This document shows positions 8,301 to 19,852 of a stretch of DNA of 54,152 bases, piece after piece. Each line of letters begins with the position of its first letter. The stretch's first letter is position 1. Source of the stretch: Deltaproteobacteria bacterium (GTDB taxonomy: Bacteria; Desulfobacterota; BSN033; UBA1163); the NCBI GenBank assembly GCA_037440525.1, contig JBBITW010000004.1, positions 1 through 54,152 of the forward strand, in the 5' to 3' direction. The notes beneath the pieces are model-generated. The model made no database searches. It had not been told where the DNA came from and worked only from the letters and a program-made list of their open reading frames with translations. Position numbers and translations under genes: made by a program.

Positions 8301-10022
8301 TCACCCCTTTCTGGTTAGATAATATTGATGAATAATCGAAAGGACATTATTTACAAGCCAATATAAAACAAGGCCTGAAGGAAAGCTTAGAAATAGAAAT
8401 GTGAACATAATTGGCATAAGCATGAACATCTTTGCTTGAGCTGGATCAGCGGCTGTGGGCGTCATCTTCTGCTGGATTACCATTGTAGCCCCCATTATAA
8501 GAGGAGTAATATAGATCGGGTCCTTAGCTGATAGATCAACGATCCAGAGAACGAAAGGGGCATGTCTCATCTCAATAGAGTTTTGAAGGGCATTATATAG
8601 CGCTATAAATACCGGAATTTGAATCAACATTGGAAGGCATCCACTCATCGGGTTTATTCTCCTTCGTTTATAAAGGAGCATAATCTCTTGTTGTAGCCTT
8701 GCCTTATCATTTTTATAAACTTCTCTTAAACGATTGAGTTCTGGCTGAACCTTCTGCATCTCCTTCATTGATTTGAAACTTATCTGTGTTAATGGTAGAA
8801 ATATGATCTTTATAAGAATACTCATGATTATAATATCTATCCCAAAATTCTTTGTAAAGGAATTTGTAAGTTTCAAAAACCAGAGGATTGGTTTGGCAAT
8901 CACTGTAAAATAGCCAAAATCTATCAATTTCTCCGCTCCAACAGCCAACTCCTTTAAAAGATTAATATCTTTGGGACCGATGTATATATTGAATCTATAA
9001 GACTTAGCCTCCTTGGAAGGAATAATAAATTCTGAACCAATCAGTTTGGCCTTTAATATGTTATTCTCATTTCCATTTACAATCAAACTGATATTCTTAT
9101 CGTCCAGATAAGGAATCAAAAGGACCGTAAAATATTCCCCTTCAAATGCATACCATTGGATTTCACCTTTATCAGAAGATTCGAAGACCTCTATTGAGCG
9201 TTTATGACGTCCGCATCCAGGTGTACAACCTGATGAGGTTGCACCTCCAAGATCTCTCTTTTCCAATTTTTGATTCTTCATAAATACATATTTCAAACCA
9301 AAATCCTTATTGGCCTCATCGGCTAATTTTACGAGTTCAACTCTTCCAATCCACTCCAATCCCACCTGACTTGAAATATTACGGGATGAGTTATTTTGAA
9401 TCTCAATTTCAAGCTCAATTGTATTGGCTTCGGACTTAAATTTATATTTCTTTAATAATTTCAAATTATTATCTATATTTTTAAAAAATATGATCTCCCC
9501 TTTTTCACCATTATCTAATAGTTTAAGAGCTTCTTTATCCACCTCCCAAATCCCATTTCCAAATGATGGATTAAGGAGTAGACCCAAAGGAAGACCATCT
9601 TTTTCATCTGTATTTACAAGATTCAAGGGCAGTGGTTTCTTTGGCTCACTGTGTTTAGAACCAAGAAGCCTATTAAAAAATTGGGTCAATCTTATTGTAA
9701 TGGCTGATTCTTCAACACGATCCATATATTTTTTAAGCTTAAAACTCTTTAACCTTGCGTCTTCATTTGTGAAAATTGCCACAAAGTTTTTTGTCTCAAC
9801 AATAACCTCTTTTTTAATAATGGGCTCCTTCTTTGGAGGTATTTTCTCTTCCTTTATTGGTAACGTCTCCTTTTTCTCTAAGGGGAGTATTTGTTCTTTC
9901 TCTATTGTCTTCTGCTTTTGTGCCTCCTTTGGGGTTTGAGGAAAAAATTTTGATTGAATTATCCCCCATAGAAAAATTACTAAAAAAGTCAATATGATTG
10001 CTAAAATAGCTCTTTTTTCCAT
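8301..10022 (-). CDS. yidC: membrane protein insertase YidC
   Basis: 573 aa with an N-terminal TM, a large periplasmic domain, and the C-terminal conserved core (CLPMLIQIPVFIALYNAL..., LVLYWLVNN). Confidence 0.95.
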   Translation of the reverse strand: MEKRAILAIILTFLVIFLWGIIQSKFFPQTPKEAQKQKTIEKEQILPLEKKETLPIKEEKIPPKKEPIIKKEVIVETKNFVAIFTNEDARLKSFKLKKYMDRVEESAITIRLTQFFNRLLGSKHSEPKKPLPLNLVNTDEKDGLPLGLLLNPSFGNGIWEVDKEALKLLDNGEKGEIIFFKNIDNNLKLLKKYKFKSEANTIELEIEIQNNSSRNISSQVGLEWIGRVELVKLADEANKDFGLKYVFMKNQKLEKRDLGGATSSGCTPGCGRHKRSIEVFESSDKGEIQWYAFEGEYFTVLLIPYLDDKNISLIVNGNENNILKAKLIGSEFIIPSKEAKSYRFNIYIGPKDINLLKELAVGAEKLIDFGYFTVIAKPILWFLKLTNSFTKNFGIDIIIMSILIKIIFLPLTQISFKSMKEMQKVQPELNRLREVYKNDKARLQQEIMLLYKRRRINPMSGCLPMLIQIPVFIALYNALQNSIEMRHAPFVLWIVDLSAKDPIYITPLIMGATMVIQQKMTPTAADPAQAKMFMLMPIMFTFLFLSFPSGLVLYWLVNNVLSIIHQYYLTRKG

Positions 10023-10057
10023 AAGTTAATACACTTAAATATATTCCCTCTTAGCAA

Positions 10058-10306
10058 CTAATGGTTATTATCAGGAACAGGATCATATCCTCCAGGATGA
10101 AAAGGATGACATTTAATCAACCTTTTTAAAGACAGTGTGATCCCTTTTTTAACTCCAAAACGTCTAATCGAAAGCAGTGCATAATTTGAACAGGATGGGG
10201 AAAAGCGACAGGAGGGTCCAATAAGGAAGGAGACCGTATTTTGATATAAAAGGATTAATATAACAATTATTTTCTCTATTGTTTTAGAGAGAAACATATC
10301 TTTCAT
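10058..10306 (-). CDS. yidD: membrane protein insertion efficiency factor YidD
   Basis: 82 aa with the CRFSPSCSNYA and HPGGYDPVP motifs. Confidence 0.9.
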   Translation of the reverse strand: MKDMFLSKTIEKIIVILILLYQNTVSFLIGPSCRFSPSCSNYALLSIRRFGVKKGITLSLKRLIKCHPFHPGGYDPVPDNNH

Positions 10307-10638
10307 ATCAATGCCTTTTTCAATTCCTCTTCTGCTTCTTTATATCTTCTAAGATTACAATCCTTTTTAGCGAGGATCACTATATCAAAAGAGCCTTTAA
10401 TTTTATGTTTATTTAAACGGAAGAATTCTCTAAAATACCTCTTTATTCTGTTCCTATAATTGGCCTTTCCAACCTCCTTCTTTACCACGATACCAAGCCT
10501 ATTAAACCCAGAGTCATTGGCTTGGAGAAAGACCGTGAGATTCTCTGATGAAATCCTCCTGCCATATTTCATCACCCTTTTGAAATTCTCTGATTCCTTA
10601 AGCCTCTCTTTTCGGGTGAACCTAAAATCTCCTTTCAC
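10303..10638 (-). CDS. rnpA: ribonuclease P protein component
   Basis: 111 aa, basic, with the RNR-motif region KANYRNRIKRYFRE. The GTG start abuts the rpmH stop. Confidence 0.9.
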   Translation of the reverse strand: MKGDFRFTRKERLKESENFKRVMKYGRRISSENLTVFLQANDSGFNRLGIVVKKEVGKANYRNRIKRYFREFFRLNKHKIKGSFDIVILAKKDCNLRRYKEAEEELKKALI

Positions 10639-10773
10639 TTAAACGGTTAACCTTTTCCTCCCTTTCATCCTCCTTCGCCTGAGAATATTACGCCCCCCCC
10701 TTGAACTCATCCTCTCTAAAAACCCATGTGTCCTCTTCCTTTTTATATTGCTTGGCTGATATGTCCTTTTCAT
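10639..10773 (-). CDS. rpmH: 50S ribosomal protein L34
   Basis: Not in the ORF track because it is only 44 aa. My hand translation of the minus strand gives [44 protein letters not shown] followed by a stop, a near-consensus L34. Confidence 0.92.
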   Translation of the reverse strand: MKRTYQPSNIKRKRTHGFLERMSSRGGRNILRRRRMKGRKRLTV

Positions 10774-11021
10774 CAAATCCCTCTTTATTTAATCTCAGTT
10801 GGTCTATTCCTATTACTACCACATACAGAATTGATCGATAATTAAATACTTTTAAAAGATTTCTCAATTTATATTTAAAGTAACCCGATAGAGAATTTTA
10901 TTAGATTTTTATAACCAAATTTTTCGTAAAATGTCAAGGTAAACAGAAGGATTTTCTTGACAGAGAAGAGATTTTTATATTAAGTTTTCAATAAATTGTA
11001 TTGAAAATCTATGGGGGTACA

Positions 11022-13448
11022 ATGGAAAATTTTCAACACGCCATACCTGTTAATATCGAAGACGAGATGAAAAAATCCTATATGGATTATGCAATGAGTG
11101 TAATCATTGGCCGCGCCCTCCCAGATGTAAGAGACGGTCTTAAACCTGTTCATCGTCGAATCCTTTTTGCAATGAATGAGCTCAATAATGATTGGGACAA
11201 ACCATATAAAAAATCGGCCCGCATTGTAGGCGATGTGATTGGTAAGTATCACCCCCATGGAGATATGGCAGTCTATGATGCCATCGTAAGAATGGCTCAA
11301 GATTTTACACTACGATACCCTTTGATCGACGGCCAGGGAAATTTTGGCTCTATAGATGGAGATCCACCTGCAGCAATGAGGTATACCGAGATCCGCATGG
11401 CAAAGCTTTCGAGCGAGATACTTGCGGATATTGACAAAGAGACTGTAGATTTTATCCCAAACTATGATGAATCTCTTTTAGAACCAATTGTGCTTCCATC
11501 CAAAATTCCAAATCTAATTATAAATGGGTCTTCTGGAATCGCTGTTGGTATGGCTACAAATATCCCTCCTCATAACATTGTTGAAACCATCAATGCCCTT
11601 ATAGCATTAATTGATAACCCTGATATCTCAATCAATGAATTAATGGAATATATCCCAGGACCTGACTTCCCAACAGGTGGATTCATATATGGCAGGGAAG
11701 GCATCAGGTCAGCCTACGAAACAGGCAAGGGTGTCATACAACTAAGGGCAAGGGCAATCATTGAGAGAGATAGAAAAGGGGAAAGGGAAAATATAATAAT
11801 AACAGAAGTTCCCTATCAAACCAATAAGGCAAAACTTATTGAAAAAATTTCAGAGCTTGTCCAGGAAAAGACAATAGAAGGTATTTCAAATATTCGCGAC
11901 GAATCTGATCGTGAAGGGATGAGAATTGTGATTGAACTAAAGCGAGGCGAGATATCTGAGGTTATCCTCAATCAGCTTTTCAAATACACCCAGATGCAGA
12001 CCTCCTTTGGAATCATACTTCTGGCTATCCATCAGAACCAGCCAAAACTCCTATCCCTTAAAGAAATGCTCAATCTATTTATTCAACACCGAAAGGAAGT
12101 GGTCACTCGAAGATCCATATTTGAACTGAAAAAGGCAGAATCAAGAGCCCATATCCTCGAAGGTCTAAAAAAGGCTATCGACAATATTGATGCCATAATT
12201 TCAATCATTAAGGCCTCTAAAACTCCTAAGGAAGCAAAAGAGAGTCTAATCCGCCGCTTCGCATTTTCAGATGAACAGGCCCAGGCAATACTTGAAATGA
12301 GGCTTCAGCGGCTTACAAATCTTGAACAGCGTAAAATTGTGGAGGAATACGAGGAGACAATAAAACTCATCAATAGGCTAAAGGCCATCCTTTCGAGCGA
12401 ACGTCTTGTCTTAAACCTTATAAAGGAAGAACTTACTTCCATACGAGACACCTATGGAGATGAAAGACATACAGAAATCGTGGATGTTGCACCTGAGCTT
12501 AAAATAGAAGACCTTATCGCTGAGGAGGATATGGTTGTTACGATTACCCATTCAGGTTATATTAAAAGAAATCCTATAAGCCTCTATCGAAGCCAGCACC
12601 GCGGGGGAAAGGGAAAGGTTGGAATTAATGTTAAAGAAGAGGATTTTGTAGAGGATCTCTTTATTGCATCCACCCATGACTTCATACTTTTCTTTACCGA
12701 TGCAGGCAAGATCCATTGGATGAAGGTCCATGAAATCCCCCAGGCAGGTCGTTTAACAAGAGGGAAAGCTATTGTAAATCTTTTAAACCTCAACCCTGAA
12801 GAAAAGGTAACTACCATTCTCTCATTGAAAGACTTTACACCCGGAAAATTTATTACATTTATGACAAAAAATGGTATTATAAAAAAGACCTCTCTTGAGG
12901 CATATAGCAATCCAAGGGCAGGCGGTATAATAGCAATTAATCTCGATGGAGGTGACGAACTCATATCTACAAAGATTACAGATGGTCAAAGGCATCTATT
13001 CATCGGGACAAAAATGGGAAAAGCGATTATATTTCCAGAGGACCAGGTCAGGGAAATAGGCAGAACTGCCCGAGGCATTAGAGGAATCAGGCTTTCAAAG
13101 GGTGATAATGTAGTCGGTATGGAGCTCGTTTTACCAAATACTTATATTTTAACTGTTACGGAAAATGGCTATGGGAAAAGATCTAAGGCCACTGACTATC
13201 GTATACAAAATAGGGGGGGCTCTGGAATCTTTACTGTTAAGAGAACACCAAAGACAGGCGATGTAGTTGGGATAAAGACCGTCACAGATGAGGATGAATT
13301 GATGATCATATCAAACAGGGGGAAAATAATAAGATTAAAAGCTATGGACATACCTGTTCAAGGGAGATCAACACAGGGTGTGAGGCTCATAAATCTTGAA
13401 GAGGGAGAAAAGGTGATGGCCATTGCACGTTTGGCAGAAAAGGAGTGA
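11022..13448 (+). CDS. gyrA: DNA gyrase subunit A
   Basis: Motifs [17 protein letters not shown], and the active-site AAMRYTE. The C-terminal beta-pinwheel repeats are present. I chose the ATG at 11022, preceded by GGGGG, over the track's TTG at 11001. Confidence 0.95.
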   Translation: MENFQHAIPVNIEDEMKKSYMDYAMSVIIGRALPDVRDGLKPVHRRILFAMNELNNDWDKPYKKSARIVGDVIGKYHPHGDMAVYDAIVRMAQDFTLRYPLIDGQGNFGSIDGDPPAAMRYTEIRMAKLSSEILADIDKETVDFIPNYDESLLEPIVLPSKIPNLIINGSSGIAVGMATNIPPHNIVETINALIALIDNPDISINELMEYIPGPDFPTGGFIYGREGIRSAYETGKGVIQLRARAIIERDRKGERENIIITEVPYQTNKAKLIEKISELVQEKTIEGISNIRDESDREGMRIVIELKRGEISEVILNQLFKYTQMQTSFGIILLAIHQNQPKLLSLKEMLNLFIQHRKEVVTRRSIFELKKAESRAHILEGLKKAIDNIDAIISIIKASKTPKEAKESLIRRFAFSDEQAQAILEMRLQRLTNLEQRKIVEEYEETIKLINRLKAILSSERLVLNLIKEELTSIRDTYGDERHTEIVDVAPELKIEDLIAEEDMVVTITHSGYIKRNPISLYRSQHRGGKGKVGINVKEEDFVEDLFIASTHDFILFFTDAGKIHWMKVHEIPQAGRLTRGKAIVNLLNLNPEEKVTTILSLKDFTPGKFITFMTKNGIIKKTSLEAYSNPRAGGIIAINLDGGDELISTKITDGQRHLFIGTKMGKAIIFPEDQVREIGRTARGIRGIRLSKGDNVVGMELVLPNTYILTVTENGYGKRSKATDYRIQNRGGSGIFTVKRTPKTGDVVGIKTVTDEDELMIISNRGKIIRLKAMDIPVQGRSTQGVRLINLEEGEKVMAIARLAEKE

Positions 13449-13618
13449 AGGGAAAAATTTTTAAAACAAAAACTTGAAATTTTTTTTATTTAGGATTATT
13501 ATTTATTTTAAGAGATTTTTAAGTTTTAACTTTCCAAAGGGACAAATACTTTTTTAAAATTAATAATTAAGAAGGATTTTGATCCCCAATTCATTCCCCT
13601 CATAGGTTCTAAATTCAT

Positions 13619-13638
13619 TTATCCACAATTGTGGAAAC
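13619..13638. promoter_or_regulatory. DnaA box pair (candidate oriC element / dnaA autoregulation)
   Basis: A perfect TTATCCACA sits at 13619-13627. It is immediately followed by an inverted imperfect box tgtggaaac (13630-13638; reverse complement gtttccaca). Confidence 0.5.
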
Positions 13639-13755
13639 ATTGTGAAAAAGATTTGTAACATATTGAAAATGAAGATAATTTCTTTTTGGTCAATTTTCTC
13701 CAATCCCATTAACCAAATTATATATAGGTCATTTTGATGATTAAGGGTCTCTATT

Positions 13756-15093
13756 ATGGAAGAAATATGGTCTAAGGTTATAGATTCTCTAAAGGATAGA
13801 GTTGGGCTTCAGAATTTCGAAATTTGGATAAAACCCATCCAATTCATCTCCTTAAGTGAAGATAAGATAGAGATTGAAGTCCCAAATAGATTTTTCAAGG
13901 ATTGGATCAATGAAAACTTTTCCTCAATAATAAAGGAGTCGCTACTCAAATTAACACAGAAGAATTATAAACTCAGTTTCAGAATTAGAAATGAAAGATT
14001 AGAAGAAAAGGATTCTATTTCGGCACAGTTAAAGGAACAGATAAAAACTACTCCAAAGCCCCATCATTCAATATTTAACCCTAAATATACATTTGACAAT
14101 TTTGTTGTTGGGGCAAGTAACCAGTTTGCAAATGCGGCCTGCCTTGCTGTTGCAAATCTACCTGCTAAGAATTATAATCCTCTATTTATTTATGGTGGAG
14201 TTGGTTTAGGAAAGACTCATCTCCTTCATGCGATTGGTAACCATATTATTCAGAATAGGATACTCCCTGAGATCAAAAAGATTTGTTATATCTCCTCAGA
14301 AGAATTCACAAATGAGCTTATCAATTCCCTCCGTTATGAGAAGATGGAAGAATTCAGAAATAAATTCAGAAGAATGGATATTCTGTTAATAGATGATATA
14401 CAATTTATATCAGGGAAGGAGAGGACACAGGCTGAATTCTTCCATACATTCAATTCTCTATATGAGGCAAGAAAGCAGATTGTTGTCACAAGTGACAAAT
14501 TCCCTAAGGATATTCCAAATTTTGAAGAACGTCTAAGATCTCGTTTTGAATGGGGTCTTATTGCAGATATTCAACCACCTGATTTGGAAACAAAAGTAGC
14601 AATCTTAAAAAAGAAGGCAGAAATTGAAAATATAATGCTTCCAAATGATGTTGCTTTTTACCTTGCATCTCAAATTGATTCTAATATAAGAATGTTAGAA
14701 GGCTCTCTTATAAGAATAGGGGCATTTTCAAGTCTTAATAATATTCCCATAGATCTACCATTAGCAAAGGATGTTCTAAAAAATATTATAAAACAGAAAG
14801 AGGAATTTATTACCACAGATTTGGTTCAAAAGGCAGTAGCCAATTTTTTCAACATAAAGATTAGTGATTTCAAAATGAAGAGAAAAAATAAAGGGTTTGT
14901 TATCCCACGTCAAATTGCTATGTATCTCTCCCGCAAACTAACAAATGATTCTTTAATTGAAATTGGTGAAAAATTTGGTGGAAAAGATCATTCAACTGTC
15001 CTTCATTCTATTAAGAAAGTAGAAGAAAGGATATCAAAAGAACCTTCATTCAAAGAGATGATAGAAAATTTATACAGCAGAATCAAATCATAA
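13756..15093 (+). CDS. dnaA: chromosomal replication initiator DnaA
   Basis: 445 aa with the AAA+ Walker A GGVGLGKTHL, LLIDDIQF, and the C-terminal DNA-binding helix region ..GGKDHSTVLHS. Confidence 0.97.
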   Translation: MEEIWSKVIDSLKDRVGLQNFEIWIKPIQFISLSEDKIEIEVPNRFFKDWINENFSSIIKESLLKLTQKNYKLSFRIRNERLEEKDSISAQLKEQIKTTPKPHHSIFNPKYTFDNFVVGASNQFANAACLAVANLPAKNYNPLFIYGGVGLGKTHLLHAIGNHIIQNRILPEIKKICYISSEEFTNELINSLRYEKMEEFRNKFRRMDILLIDDIQFISGKERTQAEFFHTFNSLYEARKQIVVTSDKFPKDIPNFEERLRSRFEWGLIADIQPPDLETKVAILKKKAEIENIMLPNDVAFYLASQIDSNIRMLEGSLIRIGAFSSLNNIPIDLPLAKDVLKNIIKQKEEFITTDLVQKAVANFFNIKISDFKMKRKNKGFVIPRQIAMYLSRKLTNDSLIEIGEKFGGKDHSTVLHSIKKVEERISKEPSFKEMIENLYSRIKS

Positions 15094-15303
15094 ATGAGGT
15101 TGAAAACCTGTTAATTTGTAAGCAAATATTAAATTGATTTTTATATCTTTTATAAAGGAATAAAAATTCATCATTATATAAAAAATTTTTTCTACATTAA
15201 ATCTATTTTAATTTTTAGTATTTATTACATCTTTTAACATTTATTCATAAATTAATATTATTACGTATTTAATATATTAATTAAGAGATAATAGGAGGAA
15301 GAT
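15094..15303. promoter_or_regulatory. extremely AT-rich dnaA-dnaN spacer (candidate DNA-unwinding element)
   Basis: The 210-nt spacer is almost devoid of G/C runs and has reiterated (t)atttatt(a/c) motifs. Its position is analogous to the DUE-bearing spacer of bipartite origins. Confidence 0.35.
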
Positions 15304-16488
15304 ATGATAAGTTTAAATATTGAAAAGAAAGAATTTCTAAAAGGTCTAAGTGTTGTTCAAGGAATTACAGGAAAGAAAACAACCCTTCCAATTCTTTCAC
15401 ATATGCTTATGGAATGGAAAGATAATAAATTGTACCTAACAGGAACAGACTTAGAAACCGCAATACGTGAAGAATTAAATGCAGAAACAATAAATGAAGG
15501 AAAGGCTTCTGTATCAGCAAAGAAATTATATGAAATTGTAAGAGAACTACCTGAAGAAGAGGTGAAAATTGAGAGAAAGGAAAACAATTGGATTTCCATT
15601 AAATGTGGAAGATCAGTATTCAATTTAGCAGGACTGGATCCAGAAGAATTCCCATCACTACCAAAATTTAATGATAAGCTATTCTCAAAAATACAAACAA
15701 AGAATTTTCGTGAGATGATAGAAAAGACAGTATATGCAGCATCAAATGAAGAGTCAAGATATAATTTAAATGGGGTTTTCTTTACGTTTAAAAAGATTGA
15801 TCAAAAAGAAATTCCTGATGAAAAAGAAAAGAGTTGGGTAAGAATGGTAGCAACTGATGGTCATCGTCTTTCACTTATTGAGTTAGTAAGTAAGGCTATA
15901 AATGGAATAGAAAAAGGGGTTATTATTCCAAAAAAGAGTTTATTAGAGATGAAAAAGTTGATAAGTGATCAAGAAGGATATTCCACCAGAGGCGGATCTG
16001 TCTCTGGCGGAGAGGAAATAGATGTATATTTTGATCAGACACATGGCTTTTTTAAGTTAGGAAAGACATTAATGATAATTAGAACCATAGATGGTGAATA
16101 TCCAGAATATGAACAGGTAATACCAAAGGATAACGATAAAAAATTAAGGGTTTTGAAGGATAAGATGTATGGATGTTTAAAAAGGATATCCACTATGGCA
16201 AACGAAAGAGTGGAAGGAATTAAGATATCTTTAAAAACAAATGAAATGGAGATATCTTCATTTCATCAAGATTTTGGAGATGCAATGGAAGAAATGGATA
16301 TAGAATATACTGGGATCCCTATTGATATAGGATTTAATGCAAGGTATTTATTAGAAGCAATAAATACCATTGACTCTGAGGAATTTATAATTGAGTTAAA
16401 GGATAGTGGGAGTGCTGTTCTGATAAAACCAGAGCCCGAAAAAGAAAATTTTTATCAGATTTCAATTGTAATGCCAATGAGGGTTTAA
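15304..16488 (+). CDS. dnaN: DNA polymerase III beta sliding clamp
   Basis: 394 aa with VATDGHRLS and the C-terminal MPMRV. A strong SD (AGGAGG) precedes it. Confidence 0.95.
   Translation: MISLNIEKKEFLKGLSVVQGITGKKTTLPILSHMLMEWKDNKLYLTGTDLETAIREELNAETINEGKASVSAKKLYEIVRELPEEEVKIERKENNWISIKCGRSVFNLAGLDPEEFPSLPKFNDKLFSKIQTKNFREMIEKTVYAASNEESRYNLNGVFFTFKKIDQKEIPDEKEKSWVRMVATDGHRLSLIELVSKAINGIEKGVIIPKKSLLEMKKLISDQEGYSTRGGSVSGGEEIDVYFDQTHGFFKLGKTLMIIRTIDGEYPEYEQVIPKDNDKKLRVLKDKMYGCLKRISTMANERVEGIKISLKTNEMEISSFHQDFGDAMEEMDIEYTGIPIDIGFNARYLLEAINTIDSEEFIIELKDSGSAVLIKPEPEKENFYQISIVMPMRV
15981..16012 (+). repeat. family-2 repeat copy embedded in frame in dnaN
   Basis: ttccaccagaggcggatctgtctctggcggag is 25/32 identical to the intergenic copy at 851-882. 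It encodes ..STRGGSVSGGE.. and is a GC-rich patch in an AT-rich gene. Confidence 0.5.
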
Positions 16489-16535
16489 TATTTTTTAAAT
16501 AATTATCAGATAAAAAAGGGGGAAAATAAAATTAG

Positions 16536-18932
<2,397 letters not shown>

Positions 18933-18946
18933 TAAAGGGGAAATGG

Positions 18947-19552
18947 ATGCTTGTTGTTGGTTTAACCGGTGGTATTGGAAGTGGTAAGACTACTGTTTCC
19001 AATATATTTAAGGAAGAAGGGGCTTATATTATAGAAGCGGATCAGATTGCAAGGGAACTCGTTAAACCTCAATCAGAGGCATGGAAAGAGATTGTCAAAT
19101 TATTTGGTAATGAGATATTAAAAAGCGATGGTTCAGTTGATAGGAGGAAGTTGGCCAAAGAGGTTTTTTCAAATCCCGAAAAGATTAAATCATTAAATCG
19201 TATTCTCCATCCTAAGATAAAGAGGGAATTTCGAAGAAGGATCGAAGAGATTAAAAAAAAAGACAAAAATGCAATAGTTATTTTTGATGCACCCTTACTA
19301 ATTGAGACAGGGACCCATAAAGAGATGGACAGGGTCATAGTAGTCACTTCGGACGAAAATCAACAGTTAGAAAGGGTTAAAAAGAGGGATAGTAAGACAG
19401 AGGAGGAAATAAGGAATATTCTATATTCTCAGATTCCAATAGATAGGAAGTTGGAGGTGGCAGACTTTGTGATTAGAAATGAAGGTTCATTAGATGAAAC
19501 AGATAGAATGGCAAGAGAGGTATATAGAAAATTAAAAGATATTTCTAATTAA
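18947..19552 (+). CDS. coaE: dephospho-CoA kinase
   Basis: 201 aa with the P-loop GLTGGIGSGKTT at the N-terminus and typical CoaE length. Confidence 0.9.
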   Translation: MLVVGLTGGIGSGKTTVSNIFKEEGAYIIEADQIARELVKPQSEAWKEIVKLFGNEILKSDGSVDRRKLAKEVFSNPEKIKSLNRILHPKIKREFRRRIEEIKKKDKNAIVIFDAPLLIETGTHKEMDRVIVVTSDENQQLERVKKRDSKTEEEIRNILYSQIPIDRKLEVADFVIRNEGSLDETDRMAREVYRKLKDISN

Positions 19553-19591
19553 CATTTTTGGATTATCTCTAAAAAGTTGACAAAATTTTGA

Positions 19592-19623
19592 GGATTCAAG
19601 GGGTCAAGGATTCAAGGATTTGA
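19592..19623 (+). repeat. tandem 8-mer (ggattcaa-like) x4
   Basis: ggattcaa ggggtcaa ggattcaa ggatttga in the coaE-rho spacer. Confidence 0.6.
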
Positions 19624-19646
19624 GGGAAATGCTTTAATAAGGTCCT

Positions 19647-19678
19647 TTCCGCCAGATGCGGATCAGCTTTGGGCAGAT
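19647..19678 (+). repeat. family-2 repeat copy
   Basis: ttccgccagatgcggatcagctttgggcagat is 25/32 identical to 851-882. Confidence 0.55.
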
Positions 19679-19685
19679 ATTTATC

Positions 19686-19798
19686 AGTCGTTGCGAGCCG
19701 GAGGCGTGGCAATCTAATAGATTCCTCGCTTCGCTCGGAATGACAACTTAGAGGAGATTGCTTCACAATGACAATTTGGAATCGCTCAATTTAGATTC
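19686..19798 (+). repeat. family-1 dispersed repeat, long form (about 113 bp)
   Basis: It shares long identical blocks with 37451-37565: agtcgttgcgagcc, gcgtggcaatct, atagattcctcgct, cgctcggaat, caatgacaat, ctcaatttagatt. The core is at 19718-19745. Confidence 0.75.
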
Positions 19799-19852
19799 TA
19801 ATTAATTTTTTAAAAAATAAAAAATGAAATTTTTAAGAGATAAAGGAGTCTT

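Noticed and set aside
9424-9939. A long (171-aa) ORF antisense to yidC. Similar antisense ORFs occur in the aconitase gene (2418-2952), gyrA (12584-12964), prfA (22085-22695), prmC (23094-23456) and hisA (30230-30544).
   Set aside because: They lie opposite Lys/Glu-rich (AAR/GAR) coding stretches, whose complements lack stop codons. Their products are low-complexity Ser/Phe/Leu-rich. No SD or start context supports them. These are shadow ORFs.
19592-19623. A tandem 8-mer repeated four times, considered as a possible CRISPR or other array.
   Set aside because: The units are only 8 nt and directly abutting, with no spacers. There are no cas genes in the window. This is a microsatellite-like feature of the repeat-rich rho leader.
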